From: Acholeplasmataceae bacterium
GTDB lineage: Bacteria; Bacillota_I; Bacilli_A; Acholeplasmatales; Acholeplasmataceae
Direction: 5' to 3'
NCBI GenBank assembly: GCA_963675245.1
Contig: OY775910.1
Span: 384,001 to 448,000, forward strand
DNA: 64,000 nt
Both the position numbers and the translations under genes were made by a program. Positions 32,531 through 41,892 of this stretch are shown here, in pieces. How positions within the stretch are numbered: position 1 is the first letter of the stretch; each line of letters opens with the position of its first letter. The notes under the pieces were generated by a model. The model made no database searches. It was not told the DNA's origin and saw only the letters and a program-made list of their open reading frames with translations.

Positions 32531-32630
32531 GCGTTTCATCCTTTCTCTCACGACAAATGATAAAGATAAAGACTGCGGCAATCACCGCACCAATACCAGC
32601 GTGTATTAAGACATCTACTAATCCACCCAT
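32523..32630 (-). CDS. Unannotated 35-aa single-TM protein between atpF and atpH
   Basis: MGGLVDVLIHAGIGAVIAAVFIFIICRERKDETHE*; starts 3 nt after atpF stop, stop overlaps atpH start (ATGAGTGA). Confidence 0.7.
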   Translation of the reverse strand: MGGLVDVLIHAGIGAVIAAVFIFIICRERKDETHE

Positions 32631-32633
32631 GGC

Positions 32634-33176
32634 TTACTCTTCCACCTTTGGTTCGTCTTTTAGAAGCTCTTCAAAAATATCTTGATGTAATGATTCATCA
32701 ATTTCACGTTTAACAATTTTAGATGCTGCCACAAACGCAACTTCTTTAATGGAAGCTTTAATCTCTTCGTTTGCTTGTGAGATTTCATAATTGATATCAC
32801 GTTCAGCTTGTTCTAAACGATGTTTCGCAGAAAGTTTCGCTTCTTCAACAAGCTTTTCTTGTTCTCTATATGCTTCTTTCATTAAACGTTGTTTTAATGC
32901 ATCCGTTTCGCTTTTCATTTCAGCATAATCAGCTTTCGCTTTATCTTGTAATGCCTGTGCTTTCTTTCGTTCTTCTTCAGCGTTTTCTAACGCTTGAGAA
33001 ACAGCTTCTTGACGACGTTCTAAGAACGCGTTGATTTTATCCCATAAGAAATAACGAACAAAAAACAGCATGACAATAAATGCTAAAATGTTTAATATTA
33101 AAATGTCTGGACGTTCAAATATGGAATTGAGTCCCTCATTCAGCATATTTGACGCATATTGAAACATCTCTTTCAC
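32634..33176 (-). CDS. atpF: ATP synthase F0 subunit b
   Basis: One TM (NILAFIVMLFFVRYFLW) then long charged coiled coil; operon position. Confidence 0.93.
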   Translation of the reverse strand: MKEMFQYASNMLNEGLNSIFERPDILILNILAFIVMLFFVRYFLWDKINAFLERRQEAVSQALENAEEERKKAQALQDKAKADYAEMKSETDALKQRLMKEAYREQEKLVEEAKLSAKHRLEQAERDINYEISQANEEIKASIKEVAFVAASKIVKREIDESLHQDIFEELLKDEPKVEE

Positions 33177-33220
33177 TTTATCAAGTCCTTTAGTTTTTTA
33201 TTAAGTAAAAAATCCACAAA

Positions 33221-33523
33221 TCAGCTAGCAGAACTGATAAGAATGAACGCAATAATTAAGCCGTACAAACCAGTTGTTTCAGCAACCGCTTGACCAACGA
33301 TCATCGTGATCATAATTTTACCTTGTGCTTCCGGTTGACGTCCAACAGCTGCAGCTGCGTGTCCTGCTGCAATCCCTTGACCAATCCCTGATCCAAGACC
33401 TGTTAACACAGCTAAACCAGCACCAACATAAGCTAAACCTGATGTTAAAGCTGACATGTCTCCTGATACTTCCATAATATTTGGAATGAATTGTACAAGA
33501 CTGTTAAATAATGTAGTGAACAT
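33221..33523 (-). CDS. atpE: ATP synthase F0 subunit c, Na+-binding signature
   Basis: [25 protein letters not shown]. Confidence 0.96.
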   Translation of the reverse strand: MFTTLFNSLVQFIPNIMEVSGDMSALTSGLAYVGAGLAVLTGLGSGIGQGIAAGHAAAAVGRQPEAQGKIMITMIVGQAVAETTGLYGLIIAFILISSAS

Positions 33524-33545
33524 ATTGATTTCTCCTTTTTTATTA

Positions 33546-34241
33546 TTATGCTATATCGAAATCTGTCTCAGCCACTTTATTGGATGAGAAGATGACAATG
33601 AGTAAGACAAATACCAAGGTTTGAATAAATCCAAACCCAATATCAAAAATTAAATGAAATACTGGTGCGACTACTACCGAGACCCAGCCGACATAATCAA
33701 TCAATGAGAATCCGCGATAAATAAGTGTCAGAATGACTGTACCACTCGCAATATTACCAAATAAACGAAGTGCCATTGATAAGATCGGTGTGAACTCACT
33801 GATGATGTTTAATGGAAACATTGCAGGAATGGGTTTAAAAATACCCAAAAGTGATTTCCAGCCTTGTGACACAAATCCCATCATTTGCACAATCACGAAT
33901 GCCATTAAAGACATTGAGAAGGTGATGGTGGTGAATCTGGTTGGAGAGGTCGCTCCGACAACACCAGAAATATTTGAAATAAAAATGTATAACGCAACAG
34001 CTATCACAATCGGTGTTAAGAATTTCCAGTGTTTCCCTACCGTATCTTTGACAAATTTATTGATCATTTCAATAAATGAAATCACCATTGTCATAAATTT
34101 ACTTGTTTTCTTTTTCTCATCAAGTCTATCGGCATGTAAGCCAACCACGATTGAGAAAATGATGATCGCTGTCATAATGATGAGTGATGTAATGAAATAG
34201 ACCGGGAGGTTTGTAATATAATCAGTTATCTTGGTCCACAT
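33546..34241 (-). CDS. atpB: ATP synthase F0 subunit a
   Basis: [31 protein letters not shown]. Confidence 0.95.
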   Translation of the reverse strand: MWTKITDYITNLPVYFITSLIIMTAIIIFSIVVGLHADRLDEKKKTSKFMTMVISFIEMINKFVKDTVGKHWKFLTPIVIAVALYIFISNISGVVGATSPTRFTTITFSMSLMAFVIVQMMGFVSQGWKSLLGIFKPIPAMFPLNIISEFTPILSMALRLFGNIASGTVILTLIYRGFSLIDYVGWVSVVVAPVFHLIFDIGFGFIQTLVFVLLIVIFSSNKVAETDFDIA

Positions 34242-34662
34242 GTGTTTGTTTCTCCTCCTCTAATCGTTTTAATTTCGCTGCCACTTCTTCTTTATAACTC
34301 ACTGTGTGACGATGTATGAATGGTAATAAGTGTAGTAAAATACCCACTCTGATTGTGCTAAATCCTAAGAATAAGAACACATAACTCGTAATGACAACAC
34401 TAAGTGCTTCATCTCTGATCAAGACATACAAGAATGTACATATAATGCCATACATTAAAAACCTAAAGACAACAATAATCATATATTTCTTTACACTAAA
34501 TCCATTACTTGTGATTCTAATCATGAGTGAATGATTGAAAAGTGCGGTTGCTGCACCTAAAATAGGCCATGTTACATATGGTCTAAAAAAGATGGCTGCA
34601 ACAATCGTAACGATGATGGCATATGCAATTCCTGCTAAACTAATGGCGTCTACGTCTCGCAT
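34222..34662 (-). CDS. atpI: ATP synthase subunit I-like membrane protein
   Basis: 4 TM, ILGAATALFNH, VVFRFLMY; directly upstream of atpB; start re-set to ATG 34662. Confidence 0.7.
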   Translation of the reverse strand: MRDVDAISLAGIAYAIIVTIVAAIFFRPYVTWPILGAATALFNHSLMIRITSNGFSVKKYMIIVVFRFLMYGIICTFLYVLIRDEALSVVITSYVFLFLGFSTIRVGILLHLLPFIHRHTVSYKEEVAAKLKRLEEEKQTHVDQDN

Positions 34663-34894
34663 CGCGTCGTTCCTCACTTTTGACATACTGATAAAGAAAC
34701 ATGAAAGCAACAATAACACCTAATGCAGTGCCTACTGCAGCTAAAATCATGCTTAAACCCCCTTCGGGGTCTATTCTTTCGCCAATAAAAAATCCAACGA
34801 CGGCTAAACCGAAAACCGTGAATATAAATTGGACGACGACCATATAGGTCATGAATATTTTTCTTCTTTTTTCTGTTTTTTTATTTGGTTCCAA
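34640..34894 (-). CDS. AtpZ/AtpI-family 2-TM protein
   Basis: VVGFFIGERID...LGVIVAF hairpin; probable TTG start at 34894 after GGAG, overlapping the upp stop. Confidence 0.7.
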   Translation of the reverse strand: MEPNKKTEKRRKIFMTYMVVVQFIFTVFGLAVVGFFIGERIDPEGGLSMILAAVGTALGVIVAFMFLYQYVKSEERRDARRRRH

Positions 34895-35507
34895 AAAGTC
34901 TATCTCCACAATCACCAAGACCAGGGACGATATAACCCACATCATTTAAATGTGAATCAAGTGCTGCTAAGTAAATCGCAACATCTGGATGATCTTCTTG
35001 TAGTCTTTCAACGCCTTCAGGACATCCGACTAACCCGACATATCTTATGTCTGTCGCACCATACGATTTCACAATGTCAATCGCTTTTGATGCTGATCCG
35101 CCGGTTGCTAACATAGGATCTACAACTAATACAACACTGTCACTTAAACCTGGTGGAAATTTTTGATAATACACATGAGGTGTCAATTCTTCTTCGTCTC
35201 TATATAAACCAACATGTCCAACTTTAGCCGTTGGGATAATATCATGAATCCCTTCAACCATACCTAATCCAGCTCTCAAAATAGGGACGATAACGACTTG
35301 TTTAGCAAGCTCATATACAGTCGTTTCACAAATTGGTGTGTCAATTTGTTTTGGCACTGTTTCTAAATCACGTGTGATTTCATACGTAATTAACGCGCCA
35401 ACTTCTGATACGGTTTCTCTAAATGCTTTCGTTCCCGTGTGTTTATCTCTGATCATTGACATTTTGTGATCAATTAACGGGTGTTTTAAAACAACAACTT
35501 TACTCAT
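34881..35507 (-). CDS. upp: Uracil phosphoribosyltransferase
   Basis: PILRAGLGM, VVDPMLATGGSA, YIVPGLGDCGDRLFGTK. Confidence 0.97.
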   Translation of the reverse strand: MSKVVVLKHPLIDHKMSMIRDKHTGTKAFRETVSEVGALITYEITRDLETVPKQIDTPICETTVYELAKQVVIVPILRAGLGMVEGIHDIIPTAKVGHVGLYRDEEELTPHVYYQKFPPGLSDSVVLVVDPMLATGGSASKAIDIVKSYGATDIRYVGLVGCPEGVERLQEDHPDVAIYLAALDSHLNDVGYIVPGLGDCGDRLFGTK

Positions 35508-35946
35508 CCTCTTTTTCCTCTATTCCCTGAATTTTATCTATTCTTCTTTGATGTCTAGACTCAAAAGACGCCGCTTTAAATATATCAATCATGTTGATTG
35601 CTTCTTCTACGGTCGACGTTCTTCCACCTAATGTAATCACATTAGCATTATTATGTTCTTTTGCAACTCTTGCTGTAAATTCATCATAAATTAAAGCCGC
35701 TCTTACGCCTTTAACTTTGTTTGCAGAAATGCCAATACCAATACCTGTGCCACAGACACCAATACCAAAATCATAATCACCCGTCATGACAGCTTTCCCC
35801 AATTGATAGCCGTAATCTGGATAATCAACACTATCTTCATTGTTTGTTCCTAAATCATCAATAGATAATTCAGATGGTTTATAATGTTTTTTAATTGCCT
35901 CTTTTAGGGCGTAACCAGCATGGTCACTAGCAATTGCAATCTTCAT
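35500..35946 (-). CDS. rpiB: Ribose-5-phosphate isomerase B
   Basis: IASDHAG, SVDYPDY, CGTGIG, ANKVKGVRAA, EHNNAN, RHQRR. Confidence 0.95.
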   Translation of the reverse strand: MKIAIASDHAGYALKEAIKKHYKPSELSIDDLGTNNEDSVDYPDYGYQLGKAVMTGDYDFGIGVCGTGIGIGISANKVKGVRAALIYDEFTARVAKEHNNANVITLGGRTSTVEEAINMIDIFKAASFESRHQRRIDKIQGIEEKEDE

Positions 35947-35976
35947 AAAAACCTCCACAATAATTTAATAATATTA

Positions 35977-36006
35977 TATCATAAAATGATATATCATTTA
36001 ATGATA
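35977..36006. promoter_or_regulatory. Two abutting TATCAT-N3-ATGATA palindromes over the rpiB promoter
   Basis: TATCATAAAATGATA (35977-35991) and TATCATTTAATGATA (35992-36006); minus-strand TGATATAAT extended -10 at 35973-35981. Confidence 0.55.
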
Positions 36007-36010
36007 ACTC

Positions 36011-37828
36011 TTATACGTTTCTTGCTTGATAAGTCGCTTTTTTACGTAATGTTGCGTTAAGAATACCTTTTCTTAAACGGATACTTATTGGCGTAATTTC
36101 AATGAGTTCATCATCATTGATAAATGCTAAACATGCTTCTAAGTTCATTGGTCTTGGTTTCTTTAAAACCACCGTAGAGTCTTTAGAACTAGATCTCATA
36201 TTGGTTAATTGTTTTTCTTGTGTCACATTAACCACCATATCAGTGTCTTTATTGGATTCACCAACGATCATACCTTCATAAACACCCGTACGTGGATCAA
36301 CAAACATCACGCCACGCTCTTCCAAACGACCAATTGCGTAACCCGTTGTCATCCCATTGTTCATTGAAATAAGCGCGCCAGTTCTTCTGTTGCCCACCGT
36401 TTCATAAACCATTGGTCTATAATCTAAGAAGATATGCGATAAAATACCATATCCTTTTGTGGCAGTTAAGAATTGTGTGACAAATCCAATCAACCCACGA
36501 GATGGCATAATATAGTGAATTCTTGTATAATTCCCTGATTGTTCCATATGTTGCATGTCACCTTTTCGGTCACCCAACATTTCAATGACGGTACCCATAT
36601 ATTCAGATGGAATATCCGCTTGAACTTCTTCATAAGGTTCATGTTTAACACCATCAATGGTTTTAACAATAACGCGGGGTCTAGAGACTTGAAATTCAAA
36701 GCCTTCACGACGCATATTTTCAATTAATATACCCAAGTGCAATTCGCCACGTCCAGAAACAGTCCACTCTTCAGCTTGACCATGTCTTTCCACTTTTAAA
36801 CTGACATCTTTTTGCGTTTCTTTAAACAAACGATCATCGATTTTAGATGCTGTCACATGTGAACCTTCCTTACCAGCAAATGGTGAATTGTTTGTTAAAA
36901 ATGTCATTTGCACAGTTGGTTCATCGATATGAAGATAAGGGAGTGCTTCTTCATGACCAACAGCTGTCACAGTTTCACCCACATGGATGTCAGGTAATCC
37001 AGCTATTGAGACAATATCTCCTGCAGTTGCCGTAGAAACTTCTTCTTTAGCGAGTCCTGTTGATTGATATATTTTTTGTACTCTAAATTGTACAATGGAT
37101 TCATCAGCACGAATACACGATACAGTGTCATTCACGTTAATGGTACCTTGATAGATCTTACCAATACCCATTCTTCCTACATAATCGTTATAATCAATTA
37201 ATGCAGGTTGAAACTTAAGTGGTAATTCACTTGCCATAGATGGTGCCGGTATTTCTTTTAAAATCGTATCCAAAATAGGTTCCATACGAATATGTTTGTC
37301 TAACACTGGTTTGTAATTTGATAGACCTTGTAAACCTGATGCATAAAGCACCGGGAACTCTAGTTGATGATCATCCGCACCTAAATCAATAAATAGGTCA
37401 TAAACTTCATTTACCGTTTTACTAATATCTGCGAATTCTCTATCGATTTTATTCACAACAACAATTGGAAATAACTTTTCTTCTAACGCTTTTTTTAACA
37501 CGAACCTTGTTTGAGGCATAACCCCTTCAACAGCATCTACAAGTAAAAGAACACCATCCACCATGCGCATGATACGTTCAACTTCACCACCGAAATCGGC
37601 ATGTCCTGGTGTATCAAGAATGTTGATTCTAATGTCTTTATATATAATCGCTGTATTTTTCGCGAGAATGGTAATCCCCCGTTCTCGTTCTATGTCATTT
37701 GAATCCATCGCACGTGATGTTAATTCATTGTGTTCATCGTATTTTGCACTTTCTTTTAAGAGCTGATCAACCAATGTCGTTTTTCCATGATCGACATGTG
37801 CGATAATTGCTATATTTCTAATATCCAT
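36011..37828 (-). CDS. typA: Translational GTPase TypA/BipA
   Basis: [48 protein letters not shown]. Confidence 0.97.
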   Translation of the reverse strand: MDIRNIAIIAHVDHGKTTLVDQLLKESAKYDEHNELTSRAMDSNDIERERGITILAKNTAIIYKDIRINILDTPGHADFGGEVERIMRMVDGVLLLVDAVEGVMPQTRFVLKKALEEKLFPIVVVNKIDREFADISKTVNEVYDLFIDLGADDHQLEFPVLYASGLQGLSNYKPVLDKHIRMEPILDTILKEIPAPSMASELPLKFQPALIDYNDYVGRMGIGKIYQGTINVNDTVSCIRADESIVQFRVQKIYQSTGLAKEEVSTATAGDIVSIAGLPDIHVGETVTAVGHEEALPYLHIDEPTVQMTFLTNNSPFAGKEGSHVTASKIDDRLFKETQKDVSLKVERHGQAEEWTVSGRGELHLGILIENMRREGFEFQVSRPRVIVKTIDGVKHEPYEEVQADIPSEYMGTVIEMLGDRKGDMQHMEQSGNYTRIHYIMPSRGLIGFVTQFLTATKGYGILSHIFLDYRPMVYETVGNRRTGALISMNNGMTTGYAIGRLEERGVMFVDPRTGVYEGMIVGESNKDTDMVVNVTQEKQLTNMRSSSKDSTVVLKKPRPMNLEACLAFINDDELIEITPISIRLRKGILNATLRKKATYQARNV

Positions 37829-37929
37829 TATAAAAATTCCTCTCTAACCTTTTCTATTATACTAGATATATAGAAAAAAGAAAGGAATAATGTTATGATA
37901 GCGTACTTATATTTTAAAAATATAAGCTA

Positions 37930-38178
37930 TTAAGAATATATCGCTACAAGTATGGATGTTGCAATGCCGATTGCAACACCAACTTTTGAGCTTTTAAATC
38001 CAAGTCCAGATATGATTGTGATTATTGGAACAGTAATCATTGTACTGACGATTTTTCTGGCTGCGATTAGCGAAATAAATTGAATAAATTGATCAATTGT
38101 TTCTCTTGGTACACTTAAAAGTACTAACAAAATAGGAATTCCTATTATCGTGCTTATTAGAGGTATTAATTTTTTCAT
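37930..38178 (-). CDS. Small hydrophobic hypothetical protein (2-3 TM)
   Basis: GAGGTGA SD; 82 aa, mostly hydrophobic; third gene of the TA insert. Confidence 0.6.
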   Translation of the reverse strand: MKKLIPLISTIIGIPILLVLLSVPRETIDQFIQFISLIAARKIVSTMITVPIITIISGLGFKSSKVGVAIGIATSILVAIYS

Positions 38179-38199
38179 GTCATCACCTCTTTTCTAAAC

Positions 38200-39150
38200 C
38201 TAAACTTGAATAGCTAAATCCTTTGCATAATAATATGATATAAATCCAAAGTCTTCGGTATTCAACCAACCACTTTCTTTATGTGATGCTTCACTAATTT
38301 CATTTGTATTAAAATATTTAAAGTGTGAATAGATCGCTTCAGCAATTTGAATTTCTTCTTCTGATAAGCTCGTATTTAATGGATCTTTTTGATATGTGAT
38401 AGATGTTCGATTTTCTTCGTCTTTTTCAAAAGATACATAAGGATTTTGATCATACTTCCATTCAGCATTATTAGGTACGGGTCCAAAAGATAATTTAACA
38501 TATTTAGAACCAGTAATACTCTTACCTAATTTGTTAAATGCATTAAAATCTGTATAATATAACAATTTGTTTAATTTTGTTAAATATACTGGTTTACTAT
38601 CTTCTACCTGCGTTTTTTTAACAAATAACGCCACCAACTGATGAAATTTCTCGATTGACCAAGATGTATTCCCTTTATTAATCTGATTGTTATGAATATT
38701 TAAATAATTCATAACAGATGACTGTCCTGATTCAGACAGTTTACTTTTGTTTTGCTCAAAATAACGTTCTAAATTGTATGTATCATTGGCACTTAAAATT
38801 GTTTGAGCATTCGTTGCACTAGGTAAGGACCCAAGTTCATACCTTGAAATGGTTATTTCCCCAAAACCTAACAATCTAGAAAAGTCTCTTTGTGTTAAGT
38901 CCAGTTTTTTTCTTGTTTGAATGATTTCTTCAATAGTAGGTAAGTCGTGATCAGCACGATAAGCATCAAAAAATACTTGTTGTACTTCTTCCTCGATTGA
39001 CATGACAAACACTTCTTCATTGCAGGATTTGCAATAGGCTACTTTAACAGGTAATGTGTATGGAATATCTTTGACGTTTCTAGTTACTTTATCTACTTTA
39101 ACAATGTACTCTTCTTTTTTTTCACTTTTAGGGCAATATGCTTCTCTCAT
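38200..39150 (-). CDS. Antitoxin: MqsA-like Zn-ribbon + XRE HTH + DUF4065 (Panacea/SocA) domain
   Basis: YCPKS...YCKSCNE, RKKLDLTQRDFSRLLGFGEITISRYE, TKLNKLLYYTDF...YVKLSFGPVP...EISEASH. Confidence 0.85.
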   Translation of the reverse strand: MREAYCPKSEKKEEYIVKVDKVTRNVKDIPYTLPVKVAYCKSCNEEVFVMSIEEEVQQVFFDAYRADHDLPTIEEIIQTRKKLDLTQRDFSRLLGFGEITISRYELGSLPSATNAQTILSANDTYNLERYFEQNKSKLSESGQSSVMNYLNIHNNQINKGNTSWSIEKFHQLVALFVKKTQVEDSKPVYLTKLNKLLYYTDFNAFNKLGKSITGSKYVKLSFGPVPNNAEWKYDQNPYVSFEKDEENRTSITYQKDPLNTSLSEEEIQIAEAIYSHFKYFNTNEISEASHKESGWLNTEDFGFISYYYAKDLAIQV

Positions 39151-39194
39151 AGTTCATCCCTCTTTTCTCGTTTTTTTTAGTTACATTTGTTTTG

Positions 39195-39530
39195 TTATTT
39201 ATATGGATAAGTCATTTCATATTTAGCTTCATGAAAACTCATGATGAATAAATCACCTTTGATTCTAAACGTAATTTTAATATATAACTCATAAGGGTCA
39301 TAATAATGTCCAAAAACATATATATTTTGATCATGTATTAAGTGATCTTTTTCAGGCCCAGATACATAATCTGTATAATTTAAAGTCTTAATGATTTGTA
39401 ATGCATCTCTATAGGCTATTCCTAAATTAGTTAAATTGATTCTATCTTGTAATTCAAAAACAAAATTATCATCATCAATGTAATCTCTGACTTTACTAAG
39501 ATAGATTTCAATTAATTCAGGAACATCCAT
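39195..39530 (-). CDS. MqsR/RelE-like toxin
   Basis: NLTNLGI...DYVSGPEKDH...IYVFG...LYIKITF...IMSFHEAKY; directly upstream of the MqsA-like gene. Confidence 0.75.
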   Translation of the reverse strand: MDVPELIEIYLSKVRDYIDDDNFVFELQDRINLTNLGIAYRDALQIIKTLNYTDYVSGPEKDHLIHDQNIYVFGHYYDPYELYIKITFRIKGDLFIMSFHEAKYEMTYPYK

Positions 39531-39560
39531 TAGTTGTTCTCCTTTCTTTTATATACACTT

Positions 39561-39602
39561 ATTATACCATGAAAAAGATAACAGTCAACTGTTTCTGTTA
39601 TC
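39561..39602 (-). promoter_or_regulatory. TA promoter with overlapping inverted repeat
   Basis: TTGACT-N16-TATAAT with TG extension; IR GATAACAG...CTGTTATC at 39577-39602. Confidence 0.6.
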
Positions 39603-39642
39603 ATTTGATAATTTTTATATTCAAAGGGTACGTTCGGATGTT

Positions 39643-40401
39643 TTAGTGTTTACTCAAATAAATCTCCATCGCGTCCACTAATAACTGTGTGGCACCAATA
39701 CCTACTTTCTCATAATATGCATTGAAGCGCTCATCTTCAAGATACATATGAACAAGTGCTAAATGTGATTTCTTGTCATAACTTGTCCAGTAATATTTTA
39801 GCCATGTTTGATGAAGTTCACATACATGTTGAGCAATATCGCTTTTCGGATCATTTTTTTCTAACGCTTCTTTTAACGTTTCTAAAATCAGTTTAGCAAG
39901 CTTTGTAGCATCTTGATAATCTGTTTCTGATTGTTTTAGGTATTTTTCGTTTGCTTGATCTACCTTTTCATTTCCAAATCTTACTCTCGCTTCTTTACCA
40001 TAAATCTTTTCATTTATATCAATATCAGATTGTTTTAAACCGTCAAATTTTTCTTCATCCTTCATTTGATATTCTCCCTCATGTGACGCGATAGATTTTT
40101 CAATCGTGTGAATTAATTGATCAAGTTTATATTTTTCTTGGTATAGCGACTCAAGGTGTTTCTTAAGCGCTTTTGTTTCGTTAAATGCTGGATCACTGAT
40201 CATCTTTTTAATTTGTTTTAAATCAAATCCTAATTTCTTATAAATCAAAATTTGCTGTAGTAAATCAACTTGTTTTTGATGATATTTTCTATAACCAGAA
40301 TCCTCTATCACAGCAGGCTTAAGTAACCCTATATCATCATAATATCTAAGGGTTCTTGTTGTGGTACCCGCTAGTTTTGCTAATTCATGAATTAAATACA
40401 T
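39643..40401 (-). CDS. MerR-family regulator with TipAS domain (Mta/TipA-like)
   Basis: TTRTLRYYDDIGLLKP, SGYRKY; C-terminal HQTWL...YLEDERFNAYYE. Confidence 0.92.
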   Translation of the reverse strand: MYLIHELAKLAGTTTRTLRYYDDIGLLKPAVIEDSGYRKYHQKQVDLLQQILIYKKLGFDLKQIKKMISDPAFNETKALKKHLESLYQEKYKLDQLIHTIEKSIASHEGEYQMKDEEKFDGLKQSDIDINEKIYGKEARVRFGNEKVDQANEKYLKQSETDYQDATKLAKLILETLKEALEKNDPKSDIAQHVCELHQTWLKYYWTSYDKKSHLALVHMYLEDERFNAYYEKVGIGATQLLVDAMEIYLSKH

Positions 40402-40416
40402 ATTATCACCACTTTC

Positions 40417-40447
40417 ATTATAAACCTTTACGTAACGTTAATGTCAA
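40417..40447 (-). promoter_or_regulatory. MerR-type promoter with 19-bp spacer and dyad
   Basis: TTGACA-TTAACGTTACGTAAAGGTT-TATAAT; imperfect dyad ACATTAACGT/ACGTAAAGGT. Confidence 0.85.
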
Positions 40448-40472
40448 TAAAAAACACCAAATTTCTTTGGTG

Positions 40473-41045
40473 CTATAAATCGAATAATTGATTTGACCTT
40501 AAGGATGCGATGTCTTCTTTTGTAATCGCGCCTTGTCTTAAAATCTCTACATGTCCGTCAGATATTTTTGCGACAGTAGATGAAAGATCCGAGCGTTTCG
40601 TATGACCTTGCCAGAAGATAGCTTTTACTTTATCCCCAAATAACGCTTTGATCTCTTCTGGATTTTCAAGTGGTGGTTCACCACTTTTATTGAGTGATGT
40701 TACGCGCATTGGTCCACATAAATTTAAGACTTCTAACGCTTTTTGATGCTTAGGAATTCTGACCGCGATTGATTCTTCACCCGTTTTTTCTTTAAACGAG
40801 TCTGTCGTATTCAATACAATCGTGAGTGGCCCTGGCCAAAAGATCTCCATGACTTTATAAGTAAAATCATCATAGTGTGCAATGTCTTCTAACTGGTCCA
40901 CAGATGAAATTAAAATGGGGATTTGTTTTGACAAGTCTCTGCCTTTTAACGCATAGATTTTATTTAAACCTTCTTCATCAAATAATTGCGTGGCTAAGCC
41001 ATAAACTGTATCTGTCGGTATAATGATTAAATCGCCTTTATTCAT
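40473..41045 (-). CDS. tsaC: Threonylcarbamoyl-AMP synthase (Sua5/YrdC)
   Basis: PTDTVYGL, IYALKGR, FWPGPLTIV, AVRIP, TSLNKSG, ILRQGAI. Confidence 0.93.
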   Translation of the reverse strand: MNKGDLIIIPTDTVYGLATQLFDEEGLNKIYALKGRDLSKQIPILISSVDQLEDIAHYDDFTYKVMEIFWPGPLTIVLNTTDSFKEKTGEESIAVRIPKHQKALEVLNLCGPMRVTSLNKSGEPPLENPEEIKALFGDKVKAIFWQGHTKRSDLSSTVAKISDGHVEILRQGAITKEDIASLRSNQLFDL

Positions 41046-41892
41046 CTTCTAACACCCCTTTAAATCCCAAAAATGTAAACCTGTCTCTGCCTTGTAAATC
41101 TTTTAATTGAATGACTTTCGCTTCTGGTAAATACATATGAGCAAATGCTAATATATCCGCTTTTTGTTGATAACCATGTTCAAATCCAATTAAACATCTT
41201 TCTTTCATAAATGGTTTTACATGTTTTAAAATATGTTCATAAAATGTAGTACCGGTATCACCACCATAAAGTGCCACACTTGGCTCTTTTTTAACGATAT
41301 CTTGAACGTCTTCTGCTGCAGGAATATACGGTGGATTTGAAATGATCATATCAAACTTTCCGGAAACTTGACTAAACCAATCACTCACTAAATAATTAAC
41401 ATCCACACCTAATAGCTGACCATTTTCTTTTGTTACTTTTAATGCGTCTTCACTAATATCTGTAACAGTCACATGCATATTGGGTTCTTCTACCGCTAAC
41501 GATAAACCAATACATCCACTACCAGTCCCTAAATCAATGACATCTAGTGTTTGATTGGTGAAATACTTATCATAATAATATAAGATGTTTTCAACGAGTT
41601 GTTCAGTTTCCACTCTAGGAATGAGGACTGCGTCAGATACATTAAACTTATGACCATAAAAATAACTATAACCCAATATATGTTGAACAGGTACATCTTC
41701 AACAATATATAAATCAGATTTTTCTTTAAACGAATAAACAAAATCATCATCTGCTTGTTCTCTTAATGCTAAATAGAACTCATGTGGCGCTAGACCACTA
41801 AGTTCTAGTAACAAAAGTTTAATCGCTTCTGCTTCCTTATTGTATGCTAAAGCTTTTTTTGTCACATCTTTTAATAATTGATCGTAGGTCAA
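41038..41892 (-). CDS. prmC: Release factor glutamine methyltransferase
   Basis: VLIPRVETE, DLGTGSGCI, SNPPY; follows prfA. Confidence 0.96.
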   Translation of the reverse strand: MTYDQLLKDVTKKALAYNKEAEAIKLLLLELSGLAPHEFYLALREQADDDFVYSFKEKSDLYIVEDVPVQHILGYSYFYGHKFNVSDAVLIPRVETEQLVENILYYYDKYFTNQTLDVIDLGTGSGCIGLSLAVEEPNMHVTVTDISEDALKVTKENGQLLGVDVNYLVSDWFSQVSGKFDMIISNPPYIPAAEDVQDIVKKEPSVALYGGDTGTTFYEHILKHVKPFMKERCLIGFEHGYQQKADILAFAHMYLPEAKVIQLKDLQGRDRFTFLGFKGVLEDE

